Source: Acutalibacteraceae bacterium
GTDB lineage: Bacteria > Bacillota > Clostridia > Oscillospirales > Acutalibacteraceae
Length of the DNA: 64,000 nucleotides
Assembly (NCBI GenBank): GCA_045604685.1
Contig: JAZUON010000007.1
Coordinates: 10,197 to 74,196, forward strand
Direction of reading: 5' to 3'
Under the pieces are notes generated by a model that was not told the DNA's origin, did not search any database, and saw nothing but the letters and a program-made list of their open reading frames with translations. A program made the position numbers and the translations under genes. Positions 1 to 11,917 of this stretch are shown here, one piece after another (position 1 is the stretch's first letter; the number at the start of each line of letters is the position of its first letter).

Positions 1-1440
1 GGTTGTTGAAATGTTGAAGTTATCATAGCCGTAGATACGGGTGATTTCTTCAATGATATCAGCCTTGATTGTAACATCCTTTGTTGCGCGCCATGAGGGA
101 ACCTTAACGGTGTATTCGCCGTTTACATATTCAACGCCAAAGCCAAGGGCTGTAAGGGTTTTTGTTATCTGCTCGTCGCTGATATCAATGCCCGTATAAC
201 GGTCAACATATTTCTTATCAAACGAAAGACTTATTTCGGGATATTTTCTTACATACTTATCGGTGAGCTTTGATGCAACTCTTGCGCCGCTGTCAATATC
301 TTTAACCAGCTTCACAAATCTGCCAACCGCATCAAGAGTCAGCTCGGGGTCAAGCATTTTTTCGTATCTTGCGCTGGCATCTGTTCTGTGGCCAAGCCTT
401 GAGGATGACTTGCGGATGCTTACGCCGTCAAAGTTTGCACTTTCAAGCACAACGGAGCCTGTATCCTCAACAATTTCTGATTCAAGGCCGCCCATAATGC
501 CTGCAATGCCCACGGGAACATCACCGTTGCAAATCATAAGGGTTTCTTCGTCAATAGGTCTTTCAACGCCGTCAAGGGTTTTGAAGGTTGTCTTTTCCTT
601 GGGAGTTGTAACAACAATATTATCAATTGCGCTGCCTGCAAATGCATGGGTAGGCTGACCGATTTCAAGCATAATGTAGTTTGTAACGTCAGCAAGCAGA
701 TTAATGCCTCTCATGCCGCAGTAATAAAGGCGGATACGCATTTCAAGGGGACTCTTGTTCTTTGTGATGTTATCCATCTTGATGCAGGAATATCTGTAAA
801 CAAGGTCCTCCCTGCCGATTGTTACATCAACGGCCTCATCGCCGTCATAGGAAAGGTCGCCCATCTCAAGGGGCTTAAGCTCCCTGCCTGCAAGGGCTGC
901 AAGCTCCCTTGCGATGCCGTAGTGACCCCAGAGGTCGGGACGGTTTGTGAGCGATTTATTATCAACCTCAAAAATGATATCATCAATAGGGAAGATTTCT
1001 TTGATGCTTGTGCCGTTTTTAAGCGAGGGGTCAAGCTCCATAATGCCTGCATGGTCATCGCTGATGCCGAGCTCTTTTTCAGAGCAGCACATACCCTCGG
1101 ACTCATAGCCTGCAACGGTTGCAACCTTGATTTCGCCGCCGCATACTCTGCCGCCGGCAAGAGCAAGAGCAACCTTCTGACCAACCGCAACATTAGGTGC
1201 GCCGCAAACGATGTTGCATACCTTTTCTCCTGCATCAACCTTGAGAAGGTGAAGTTTCTTTGAGTTAGGGTGATTTTCAACGGAAAGGATTTCGCCTACA
1301 ACTACCTTTTCAACGTCGGCACCTTTTTCAATAATATCCTCAACCTCGGCGGTTGCAAGAGTGAAGCTCTCAATAAGTTTTTTAATGTCTATTCCGTCAA
1401 GGTCAACATAGTCTTTAATCCAATTAATTGATACAAACAT
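1..1440 (-). CDS. pheT: phenylalanine--tRNA ligase beta subunit, N-terminal ~480 codons (gene runs off the left edge)
   Basis: My translation of the minus strand from the ATG at 1440 gives MFVSINWIKDYVDLDGIDIKKLIESFTLATAEVEDIIEKG..., a typical PheT N-terminus. It starts 4 nt after the pheS stop. It is absent from the ORF track because it leaves the window. Confidence 0.9.
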   Translation of the reverse strand, partial: MFVSINWIKDYVDLDGIDIKKLIESFTLATAEVEDIIEKGADVEKVVVGEILSVENHPNSKKLHLLKVDAGEKVCNIVCGAPNVAVGQKVALALAGGRVCGGEIKVATVAGYESEGMCCSEKELGISDDHAGIMELDPSLKNGTSIKEIFPIDDIIFEVDNKSLTNRPDLWGHYGIARELAALAGRELKPLEMGDLSYDGDEAVDVTIGREDLVYRYSCIKMDNITKNKSPLEMRIRLYYCGMRGINLLADVTNYIMLEIGQPTHAFAGSAIDNIVVTTPKEKTTFKTLDGVERPIDEETLMICNGDVPVGIAGIMGGLESEIVEDTGSVVLESANFDGVSIRKSSSRLGHRTDASARYEKMLDPELTLDAVGRFVKLVKDIDSGARVASKLTDKYVRKYPEISLSFDKKYVDRYTGIDISDEQITKTLTALGFGVEYVNGEYTVKVPSWRATKDVTIKADIIEEITRIYGYDNFNISTT

Positions 1441-1443
1441 TGC

Positions 1444-2523
1444 TTATGCCTCCTTGCTTTCTTCGGGTCTTGTGAATGACTTTTCGGTAAACTGTGAAAG
1501 TGACTTAAGGCTGCCGCTGTTGAACACACGGATATCCTTAACGCCGTATGTCATCATTGCAAGCCTTGTCATTCCGAGGCCGAAAGCAAAACCGATATAT
1601 TTTTCAGGGTCAATGCCTGCGGCGGTAAGAACATTGGGATGAATCATACCGCAGGGGCAAAGCTCAAGCCAGCCCGAATCCTTGCAGGAGGGGCAGCCCT
1701 TACCCTTACAGATTGTGCACTGAATATCAAGCTCAAAGCCCGGCTCAACGAAGGGGAAGAAGCCGGGGCGAAGCCTTACGGTGATATCCTTCTGGAACAC
1801 TTCGGAAAGCATTGTTTTCATAAAGTAAATAAGGTTTGAAATTGAAATATCCTTATCAACCATAATGCCTTCCATCTGGAAGAAGGTGTTTTCGTGGCAA
1901 GCATCAATCTTCTCATTTCTGAAGCATCTGCCGGGGAAAATCGCACGGATGGGATTGCCGTTTTCAAGATTCTGCGCATACTTACGGAGAATTGTGTTCT
2001 GAGCAGCAGAGGTATGAGTCTTAAGAAGCTGACCCGTGCTCAGGTAATAGGTATCCTGCATATCTCTTGCGGGGTGATGCTTGGGAATATTGAGTGCCTC
2101 AAAGCAGTTATAGTCATCGGTGATTTCCGAATAATCCTCAATGGTAAAGCCCATGCTGAGGAAAATGTTCTCAACTCTGCGGCGTGTGAGGGTTATAGGG
2201 TGGTATGAACCGAGGTCAGCATCAGTGGGCATTGATTCATCGTAGCTTTCTGCAGAATCAATAAGTCTCTGCTCCTTAAGAGCCTTAAGCTCTTCAATTT
2301 TAGCCGCAATTGCGCCCTCAATAAACTGCTTTGTTTCGTTTATTATCTGGCCTGCTTCTTTCTTTTGGTCATTGGGTACATTGCGAAGCTCCTGCATAAG
2401 AGCCGCAACAGAGCCTTTTTTGCCGAGGAATTCGATTCGGAGCTGTTCAACCTCTGATGTCTGATTGACAGCTGCAACCTTCGCCTCAAAAAGCTGCTTG
2501 AGTTCAAGTGATTTCTGAGTCAT
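1444..2523 (-). CDS. pheS: phenylalanine--tRNA ligase alpha subunit
   Basis: 359-aa ORF with PheS-like sequence (LRIEFLGKKG..., HPARDMQDTYY, FRNE, class II core). It is followed by pheT and preceded by a T-box leader. Confidence 0.95.
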   Translation of the reverse strand: MTQKSLELKQLFEAKVAAVNQTSEVEQLRIEFLGKKGSVAALMQELRNVPNDQKKEAGQIINETKQFIEGAIAAKIEELKALKEQRLIDSAESYDESMPTDADLGSYHPITLTRRRVENIFLSMGFTIEDYSEITDDYNCFEALNIPKHHPARDMQDTYYLSTGQLLKTHTSAAQNTILRKYAQNLENGNPIRAIFPGRCFRNEKIDACHENTFFQMEGIMVDKDISISNLIYFMKTMLSEVFQKDITVRLRPGFFPFVEPGFELDIQCTICKGKGCPSCKDSGWLELCPCGMIHPNVLTAAGIDPEKYIGFAFGLGMTRLAMMTYGVKDIRVFNSGSLKSLSQFTEKSFTRPEESKEA

Positions 2524-2547
2524 TTTATATCAATCCTTTCATAATTT

Positions 2548-2790
2548 ACAAAAATAAAAATCCCCCGTCAAAAGACGAGGGACGAATAAAATCCGCGGTA
2601 CCACCCTGCATTCACGGCAAGCCGTGCGCTTTGATGCCCGTAACGGGGGCTGCCGTTGCGCCCTACTGAATTCAGGCGCACCGCTAACGGGTGAACTTCA
2701 GACATCTTAGCTCATAATCCGCTTCCAGCCGATGACGGATTTTCTCTTGAATGAGCATCGGAGCTTACTCTCCCGATCACTGCATTTTAT
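2548..2790 (-). promoter_or_regulatory. T-box leader (tRNA-Phe responsive transcription attenuator) of pheST
   Basis: Minus-strand T-box motif GGGTGGTACCGCG (2594-2606). Stem I elements AGAGA and GGCTGGAA are present. Candidate specifier UUC followed by A (2693-2695) lies directly before the base-stem strand CCCG. A terminator hairpin plus T-tract is at about 2551-2582. Confidence 0.85.
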
Positions 2791-2833
2791 ATATCCTTGA
2801 TAGTTTATCATAATGAAATAAAAAAAGCAAGTG

Positions 2834-3088
2834 TTATTTTGTTGTATCTATTTTTTTAGCTAATTTCTTCAGTAATTCCGTCTGTTTTTCTTGCTCTTCG
2901 GCTATTATTTTACTGTTATGTGCAATTACAAAAACAAGAGATGCAATTAAAACCAAGCAAAAAACAATTCCCCATAAAAGCCTTGTTTCACTTATTACCG
3001 TACTTAAATATTCCATTCCTAATCCTAATATAATTACCAAACAAGGAAAAATTATAGCAGCTATTGCCGAAACTAAAAATCTTCTCAT
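2834..3088 (-). CDS. small membrane protein, two predicted TM helices, unknown function
   Basis: 84-aa ORF with two hydrophobic stretches and a charged C-terminal tail. AT-rich. Divergent from the HTH gene. Confidence 0.5.
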   Translation of the reverse strand: MRRFLVSAIAAIIFPCLVIILGLGMEYLSTVISETRLLWGIVFCLVLIASLVFVIAHNSKIIAEEQEKQTELLKKLAKKIDTTK

Positions 3089-3161
3089 AATATCACCGCT
3101 TATATTATGCTCGTTTTATAGACAATTGTCAATAATACAAGTATAAAATAAAATTAAATCG

Positions 3162-3371
3162 GTGATAAAAATGATAACATATGAGCCTTTTTATGAAACT
3201 ATGAAAAATAAAGGTCTTTCAACATATAGGCTTATCAAAGACTATAATGTAAGCCGCAGTTTGCTTGACAGACTTAAACACAACAAACCTATAAGCACAG
3301 TAACTCTCAACGACCTTTGCAAAATTCTTGACTGTACTCCCTCGGAAATAATAAAATACACAAAAGATTAA
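3162..3371 (+). CDS. small XRE/Cro-C1-type HTH transcriptional regulator (YozG-like size class)
   Basis: 69-aa ORF whose HTH signature is LSTYRLIKDYNVSRSLLDRLKHNKPISTVTLNDLCKILDCTPSEII. Confidence 0.7.
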   Translation: MIKMITYEPFYETMKNKGLSTYRLIKDYNVSRSLLDRLKHNKPISTVTLNDLCKILDCTPSEIIKYTKD

Positions 3372-3378
3372 CCGCCGT

Positions 3379-5720
<2,342 letters not shown>

Positions 5721-5767
5721 TTAATGTATTTATTATATCAATTTCATACCGTAAAATCAATAATTTT

Positions 5768-6397
5768 TTACTCAACCATTACATCAGGCACGGTGCCGAC
5801 TATGACAGTTTGAGCTACACAAAACGAGGTTGAAATATTTTTCGTTATTCGCCTGCCCGACATTGTTAAAACAACCTGCGTTTCAAGGCTGAGCATAATG
5901 CTGTGCTGAGTCTGATTAATGCCTGCGCTTTCAAAAACATTTTTAAAATCGGAATGAGTGGACGAGGCAAGGCGCATTTTCACATCAATATCGGGTCCCC
6001 AGCCCGAAAGAAAAGTAACCCCCGTTGCGCTGCCCAGCGGCACAGTTACGGTTACGCTTTCATTTTGCAAAAAAGCGTTGTCAACAGCATTTGTGACCTG
6101 CGATTTGAACAGATTCATTTTAACAATATCTGTTGTTATGCCCGTGATTGAGCCGCTTTCATTACGGCTGATTGCAACAATATCCGAATATGATACTCCG
6201 CCCTTTGAAAGGATTTTTTCAACGGCGGTATTAATTATTTTCACTGACGATGCATGGGCTTCAAGAGCTGCGAGGTCATATATTGCAGGGCGCAGCTTTG
6301 CATCGGTGAGAAGAATACCGATAAGCACGGCAAGAAAAATGCAGATAATTTTGAAAATCCATTTATTATTCCGACCGTAAAAACGCCTGCGCCTCAT
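5768..6397 (-). CDS. yunB: sporulation protein YunB
   Basis: 209 aa with an N-terminal TM segment and a YunB-family body (LRPAIYDLAALEA...INTAVEKIL...ITGITTDIVKMN). Confidence 0.75.
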   Translation of the reverse strand: MRRRRFYGRNNKWIFKIICIFLAVLIGILLTDAKLRPAIYDLAALEAHASSVKIINTAVEKILSKGGVSYSDIVAISRNESGSITGITTDIVKMNLFKSQVTNAVDNAFLQNESVTVTVPLGSATGVTFLSGWGPDIDVKMRLASSTHSDFKNVFESAGINQTQHSIMLSLETQVVLTMSGRRITKNISTSFCVAQTVIVGTVPDVMVE

Positions 6398-6528
6398 AAC
6401 ATCACCCCGTATATTATATGCGGCAAGTAATTTTACGGATAATATTTATTTGTTTTTTAATATTTTCTGTTGAATTTATTTGAACAAAGTGTTACAATTA
6501 AAAAAAATTGCGAAAGGACAATGCAATT

Positions 6529-7815
6529 ATGGAATACAAAATGATTCTTACTCAGGAAGAGCAGGACATTCTCAACGGTTCCAAAGGCGAAGCAATGGCA
6601 AAGGTTATGAAAACCCTTGTGCTTTACGGTGACGCCTTCGGTGCAACAAAAATGGTTCCTGTAGAAAGCAAAATGGGTCACCTTGTTACAAGCTTCGGCC
6701 TTAAGGTTATGAAGCCCGTTTATGAGCTTATGGATAAGCTTATTGAGGGCGGCGCACTCTCACAGCAGAAGTTTTCCGTTGACCCCAAACCCATCGACCC
6801 CAAGGTGCCCGCAAATTTCCTTCAGAAGCTGATTTTCAACAAGTTTATGTACAGCATGCAGGACAGCTACGATGCTCAGCTTTCAAAGCTCGGCCTTATT
6901 GACGATAAGTCATACACCTGCACCTGTTATATGGACGAGGTAGGCAATGTTCCCAAAAAGGGCGAGGTTCTTTCTTGGGCAGAGTCATCAGCCGTTGTTT
7001 ATGCTAACTCCGTTCTTGGCGCACGCTGCAACAGAAACTCCGGCATCATTGAGCTTTTCGGCTCAATCGTTGGCAGAGTTCCCTATTTCGGCCTTGTTAC
7101 CGACGAAGGCAGAAAGGCAACCTGGATTGTTGAAGTTAAGACAACAAAGAAACCCGAAGCTCAGATTCTCGGTTCTGCAATCGGCATGAAGGTTATGGAA
7201 GACGTTCCTTACATCAAGGGTCTCGATAAGTGGATCGGCACAGAGCTTGACGGCGACACAAAGGCATACCTCAAGGATTTCGGCGCTGCAACCGCTTCAA
7301 ACGGCGCAGTAGGTCTTTATCACGTTGCAAACCTTACCCCCGAAGCAGTTGAAATGGGTGAAAGCCTTATTGAAGAGGGCGCTCAGGTTTATGTTGTTGA
7401 CGATGCTGAACTTGAAAGAGTTCAGGCTAATTACCCTGTTATGTGGAAAAACAAGGAAGCTACTCCCAAGCTCTGCTTTGTTGGCTGCCCCCACCTTTCA
7501 CATGCTCAGCTTATTGAATGGACAGACAATGTTGTTGCAGGTCTTAAGAAGAACGGCCTCAAGAAGGTTTCAATCCCCACCGTATTCACCGCTGCTCCCG
7601 CAGTTGTTGAAGCCTTCAACAAAACTCCCTACGCTGCAAAGCTTAAGGAAACAGGCGTTGTCCTCAGCTACATCTGCCCCCTTATGTATATGAACAATCC
7701 TCTTTGCAAGAAGATGCCCGTTATCACAAACTCAAACAAGCTCAGAACATACACAACATCACGTTACTACAAGAGTGACGAGATTCTTGACATAATCACA
7801 AAGGAGGCAAAGTAA
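6529..7815 (+). CDS. aconitase X catalytic (large) subunit, DUF521 family
   Basis: LTQEEQDILNGSKGEAMAKVMKTLVLYGDAFGA is a typical AcnX N-terminus. The track ORF starts at 6508, but the ATG at 6529 has better RBS spacing (AAAGGA). Confidence 0.8.
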   Translation: MEYKMILTQEEQDILNGSKGEAMAKVMKTLVLYGDAFGATKMVPVESKMGHLVTSFGLKVMKPVYELMDKLIEGGALSQQKFSVDPKPIDPKVPANFLQKLIFNKFMYSMQDSYDAQLSKLGLIDDKSYTCTCYMDEVGNVPKKGEVLSWAESSAVVYANSVLGARCNRNSGIIELFGSIVGRVPYFGLVTDEGRKATWIVEVKTTKKPEAQILGSAIGMKVMEDVPYIKGLDKWIGTELDGDTKAYLKDFGAATASNGAVGLYHVANLTPEAVEMGESLIEEGAQVYVVDDAELERVQANYPVMWKNKEATPKLCFVGCPHLSHAQLIEWTDNVVAGLKKNGLKKVSIPTVFTAAPAVVEAFNKTPYAAKLKETGVVLSYICPLMYMNNPLCKKMPVITNSNKLRTYTTSRYYKSDEILDIITKEAK

Positions 7816-7816
7816 G

Positions 7817-8257
7817 ATGAAACAGTTCAAAGGACGCCCCGTTGTAGCGGGCAAATGCACTGCAAACGCTCTTGTTTCCCACGGCGGTTTCAACACCCTC
7901 GCTTCCTTCCAGAATGCTCTTCAGTTCGGCGACAAAGAAGCAAAGTGCGGTGACCAGAACAACGCTGACCTTTACAACAAGCCCATGGTTGGCACAGCTC
8001 TCTGCCTGCCCCAGACAATCGGCTCAACAACAGGCGGCATGGTTCTCTACTGCGCAAACGCTATGAAGCGCAACCCCAAGTGCATGCTTTTCTCAGAGCA
8101 TATTGACTCACTTGCTTGCGCAGGTGCAGTTCTTTCCGCTGTATGGGCTGACGAACCCATGATTACTGTTGACTGCCTCGGCCAGGAATTCCTTGACTAT
8201 GTTAAGGACGGAATGAAAATCACCGTTGAGGAAGACGGCACTGTTACAGTTGAATAA
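7817..8257 (+). CDS. aconitase X swivel (small) subunit, DUF126 family
   Basis: 146 aa (GRPVVAGKCTANALVSHGGFNTLASF... GGMVLYC). It starts 2 nt after the large subunit. Confidence 0.8.
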   Translation: MKQFKGRPVVAGKCTANALVSHGGFNTLASFQNALQFGDKEAKCGDQNNADLYNKPMVGTALCLPQTIGSTTGGMVLYCANAMKRNPKCMLFSEHIDSLACAGAVLSAVWADEPMITVDCLGQEFLDYVKDGMKITVEEDGTVTVE

Positions 8258-8278
8258 AAACTGACAGAAACGAAAAAC

Positions 8279-8304
8279 GGCTTGCACGGAATTCCGTGCA
8301 AGCC
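8279..8304. terminator. bidirectional intrinsic terminator
   Basis: Perfect 26-nt palindrome GGCTTGCACGGAATTCCGTGCAAGCC flanked by a T-tract on both strands. It lies between convergent genes. Confidence 0.8.
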
Positions 8305-8322
8305 ATATTTTTTTGCATTGTT

Positions 8323-8613
8323 TTATGCGCCCTGCTTAAGCTCTCTTTCAAGCCAGATGCAGCCGATATCCATTGCGCTGTAAAGGCCCTTGCGCTCTGC
8401 CTTCTTGACGATTTTATCCTTCATTCTGACATCGGGGTCTGTGTTAACGAGCTGAACAACAACTCTGTCCGCAACCTCAACGCCCTTAACCTCGCGGGTG
8501 CTTGTTATCTGCATTATAACAACATAAGGGTCGCTCATGTAGCCGTAATAAACGGTTTTGCCGCTTCTGACAAGAGGCCTGCCCTTATACATAAGGAACT
8601 TTTTTTCTGCCAC
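8323..8613 (-). CDS. hypothetical protein (conserved-looking, soluble), cotranscribed with ireB
   Basis: 96-aa ORF located 19 nt downstream of ireB. I recognise no family. Confidence 0.5.
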   Translation of the reverse strand: MAEKKFLMYKGRPLVRSGKTVYYGYMSDPYVVIMQITSTREVKGVEVADRVVVQLVNTDPDVRMKDKIVKKAERKGLYSAMDIGCIWLERELKQGA

Positions 8614-8632
8614 TTAATTCACTCCTTCAAGA

Positions 8633-8881
8633 TTATTCGATTCCAAGATAGCACTTAACCATAGCCTGAAGAAGTTCATCTCTGTCGAGCCTTCTGACAA
8701 GACTGCGTGCATTATTGTGTGTCGTGATATAGGTCGGGTCCTCGGAGAGGATATAGCCTACTATCTGGCTGATTGAGTTATAACCCTTTTCGTTCAAAGC
8801 CTCATAAACGGCGAGAAGATTTTTCTTCATCTCAACCTCATTTTCGTCCTTGATTGAAAACTTTATTGTTTTATCAGTCAT
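8633..8881 (-). CDS. ireB: IreB family regulatory phosphoprotein (UPF0297/YrzL)
   Basis: [67 protein letters not shown] is a UPF0297 signature. The ATG at 8881 sits 6 nt after GGAGGTG. The track ORF starts at 8896. Confidence 0.8.
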   Translation of the reverse strand: MTDKTIKFSIKDENEVEMKKNLLAVYEALNEKGYNSISQIVGYILSEDPTYITTHNNARSLVRRLDRDELLQAMVKCYLGIE

Positions 8882-8980
8882 TTCGGTCACCTCCATACCA
8901 CATTATTATATAACACCTTTTGAAATAAAACAAGGTTTTTTCAAAATTTTATACAGAATCTTAAAAAAGCCTTAATAAAA

Positions 8981-10606
8981 TTACGGCTGAGGAACGATGG
9001 GATGGTTTTCGCTGACGTGCTCAACCGTGATAAAATTATTCCTTGCGGCGTATGCCCATTTCATTCCGAATGCCTTGCAGGCGCCGTCAACGGGCATATA
9101 AAGCTGACCCTCGTTGCCTCTGAAAACTTCGTAGCCGAGGTCAATATTTCCGCCGTTTGCCTGAACAAATCTGCTGCCCTCGGTGAAGGTTGCTTCCTTG
9201 CCGTAAAGCCTGAGGGTAACCCTGCCCTTTTCGCGGATATCCTCACCGCCCGCAAACCTTATCATTGTTGCAAAGGCCATATACCACACCCCGTCAATGC
9301 ATACGGGCGGAGTTGACATGTTGCAAAGCCCCAAATCTGAGCCTTTATAGAAAACCCTTGTTCTGCCCTCGCCGAATACGGGAGCTACTCTGTAAGGTCG
9401 GATTTCATCTTTCTCTTTATCTATGCGGCATTCGTCAATAATTCTGCCGTCATTAAGCTCCGAAATGAGGGTAATTTTATCGCCGTCAACCTCAATCAGG
9501 GCATATGCCGCAACCTTTTCCTCCTGAGGGTGGAATGAGGCATGCCATACCTTATCGGTTGTTTTTGTGCCGGGAGGATTGAAATTACCGTTGCCAAGCT
9601 CATAATGAACGGTGCCCTGCGAGGGTCTGTCAAAAATCTCCTCATTTTTTATGGGAAAGGAACGGGAGAAATTATGCTCATGACCCGAGAAAAGCACATC
9701 AAGCATTTCCATGGATTCTCTCATCATTGGGTAACTGTCATCATTTGCAAGGTTGGGACCTGCATAATAAATGGGGAAATGATGGGCACCGAACTTCCAT
9801 GTTTTGCCGCAATTTTCTATATCCGCCTTTGCCCATTCATTCATAAGCTCAGGCTCATTGACTCCGTAAACAACAAAATGAGCGTTGCCGTAATTGAATG
9901 AATAAATCTCCGTCTGCCAGCCCTCAGGTCCGTTTTTGGGGTAAGAATATTCAAGCTGAGTATTGAAAAATTCGGCAGGCTCTGCATAATATCTGCCCAC
10001 CTCGTTGGGGAAATACTCTTTAAAGCCTCTGTTATCGTGGTTACCGCAGCTCATCATATAAGGCAGATGCTCCATTATTCCCTGCATACCCTCAAACATT
10101 GCATTCCACTGAATTTCATGCTGACCGCAGTTTGTGTTATCCCCTGCCGTAAGAATAAACTTCACATCGGGGTGCTTTTTGAGCACATCCTTAAGGAATT
10201 TATTAAGGGTTGAATAATCGGGGTTATAATGGTCATCGTCTTTCTGATGGTCGGAAATAGCAATGAACTTGAATTTTGTAAGATTTTCTTCCTCGGTGTC
10301 AAACCAATATTCTTCGCTGCGATTTTCGGCACTTCCGCAGGTATAATAATAGCGTGTACCCGCCTTAAGATCAGATGGAGTTGCCCAGAAAATGTTGCTT
10401 GTATTCACATCGCTTTTAAAGGGTTTTACGATAGCATCGGCGCGCTTTTTTTCGCCGCCTTTTTCGTAATATTCAACATAACCTTCGGTTACATCAAGGC
10501 TTGAACGCCATGTGACCGTCATTGAGTTTTTTGCATCGCCCGAAATGCTGACCATAATATGGTCAGGTTTTTCGGTTGCAAGTCTTAAATTTGGTTTTCT
10601 GTTCAT
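8981..10606 (-). CDS. metallophosphoesterase (purple-acid-phosphatase-like N-terminal domain plus calcineurin-like core plus C-terminal stalk-like domain)
   Basis: 541 aa with FIAISDHQ, TAGDNTN, GNHD and SGHEHN metallophosphatase motifs. The N-terminal FN3-like segment reads MTVTWRS...GTRYYY. Confidence 0.75.
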   Translation of the reverse strand: MNRKPNLRLATEKPDHIMVSISGDAKNSMTVTWRSSLDVTEGYVEYYEKGGEKKRADAIVKPFKSDVNTSNIFWATPSDLKAGTRYYYTCGSAENRSEEYWFDTEEENLTKFKFIAISDHQKDDDHYNPDYSTLNKFLKDVLKKHPDVKFILTAGDNTNCGQHEIQWNAMFEGMQGIMEHLPYMMSCGNHDNRGFKEYFPNEVGRYYAEPAEFFNTQLEYSYPKNGPEGWQTEIYSFNYGNAHFVVYGVNEPELMNEWAKADIENCGKTWKFGAHHFPIYYAGPNLANDDSYPMMRESMEMLDVLFSGHEHNFSRSFPIKNEEIFDRPSQGTVHYELGNGNFNPPGTKTTDKVWHASFHPQEEKVAAYALIEVDGDKITLISELNDGRIIDECRIDKEKDEIRPYRVAPVFGEGRTRVFYKGSDLGLCNMSTPPVCIDGVWYMAFATMIRFAGGEDIREKGRVTLRLYGKEATFTEGSRFVQANGGNIDLGYEVFRGNEGQLYMPVDGACKAFGMKWAYAARNNFITVEHVSENHPIVPQP

Positions 10607-10607
10607 T

Positions 10608-11915
10608 TTATTTCACCTTGATTCTGAAAAGTCTTGAGCCGTGGGGATTGACCTCGGCGGTAAACACGCCGTCCGTAACCGCAAACTCGCTGTGGCTCCA
10701 CATATCCCAAACCGAATAATTCAGGCCGTCCATTGCGACATCGGTTACATCAAAGGAAATGTTCCTTGCATCGTCATCGGTGTTGAAAAGCGCAACGTAC
10801 TTGCATTTTTCGCCCTTTGAAGTCCATATAATTTCACCCTTGCCGTCAGTTTCCTTACGGCTGAACTGCCTTGCGCCCCACGAATTTTTGAGCATATCTA
10901 TAAGCTCTCTATTTTGAAGAAGAGAAAGGGTAAACTCATCGTTATCGCGCATTTCGCCGCCCATCATGAGCGGTGAACGGAAGATACCCCAGAGGGTCAT
11001 CATGGTTACCTGCTCATCCTTGGTGAATCGGGTGTATCTGCCTCTGTATTCAATCAGCTTTTCCGTAAGCTGAATATGGCCGAGGGGCAGCATATCACAA
11101 TCGGGCCATGCGCCGGGCTGAACATAATCCTGCCATGCATAGCAGCGTTCAAACATGGCATAGAGTTTATCCCAGCTATCCCAGAAATCTCCCGTCATGC
11201 GCCACATATTTGCATTTGCGGCAAGATGCTCGTGCTCCCACACGGGTGCAGGGCCCGGAGAAAGGCTTAGAACCATATCTCTGCCGCAGTTATCAATAGC
11301 CTTGCGGAGCATTTCAATCTCTCTGCGCGCAGAATAGGGATTATCCTTCAGAAATTCCGTGTTTGCGATATCATCGCACTTTATGTAGTCAACGCCCCAT
11401 GAAGCATAAAGCTCAAAAAGTGAATCATAGTATTCCTGAGCACCTTTTGCATCGGGATTAACGCCGTACATATCCGTCTGCCACGGGCAAACAGAAAACT
11501 GCTGAGCAATATCCTTCGCTGTTACGCCTTCGCACTTGATTGCCGTATTCTGATGCACAGCCTGACGGGGAATACCTCGCATAATATGAATACCAAACTT
11601 AAGTCCGAGAGAATGAACATAATCAGCAATAGGCTTGAAACCCTTGCCCCCTGCCGAGGAAGGAAATCTTTCGGGCGCAGGAATAAGACGCGAATATTCA
11701 TCCATACAGAGAGGTGCAAAGTTGTGATAATAATAGCTGTCTGCGGTAGGCTCTGACCACTGAATATCACATACTACATATTCCCAGCCGTAGTCTTTAA
11801 GGTGCTCTGCCATATAATCAGCATTGCCTATAAGCTGCTCCTCATTAACGGCTGCACCGTAGCAATCCCAGCTGTTCCAGCCCATGGGAGGAGTCATTGC
11901 AAATCTTTTATGCAT
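10608..11915 (-). CDS. alpha-galactosidase, GH27-like
   Basis: 435 aa with PPMGWNSWDCYG and DYIKCDD motifs typical of GH27 melibiase-type enzymes. Confidence 0.75.
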   Translation of the reverse strand: MHKRFAMTPPMGWNSWDCYGAAVNEEQLIGNADYMAEHLKDYGWEYVVCDIQWSEPTADSYYYHNFAPLCMDEYSRLIPAPERFPSSAGGKGFKPIADYVHSLGLKFGIHIMRGIPRQAVHQNTAIKCEGVTAKDIAQQFSVCPWQTDMYGVNPDAKGAQEYYDSLFELYASWGVDYIKCDDIANTEFLKDNPYSARREIEMLRKAIDNCGRDMVLSLSPGPAPVWEHEHLAANANMWRMTGDFWDSWDKLYAMFERCYAWQDYVQPGAWPDCDMLPLGHIQLTEKLIEYRGRYTRFTKDEQVTMMTLWGIFRSPLMMGGEMRDNDEFTLSLLQNRELIDMLKNSWGARQFSRKETDGKGEIIWTSKGEKCKYVALFNTDDDARNISFDVTDVAMDGLNYSVWDMWSHSEFAVTDGVFTAEVNPHGSRLFRIKVK

Positions 11916-11917
11916 AT

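Noticed and set aside
263-1280. Three ORFs (two on the plus strand, one minus off-frame) of 131-205 aa at the left edge.
   Set aside because: They overlap the pheT reading frame on the minus strand, which translates into a textbook PheT N-terminus. Their products are Ser/Leu/Ala-rich and look like noise.
8279-8304. A perfect 26-nt palindrome containing GAATTC, considered as a protein operator.
   Set aside because: It is GC-rich, flanked by T-tracts on both strands, and located between convergent genes. This is the signature of a bidirectional intrinsic terminator, not an operator.
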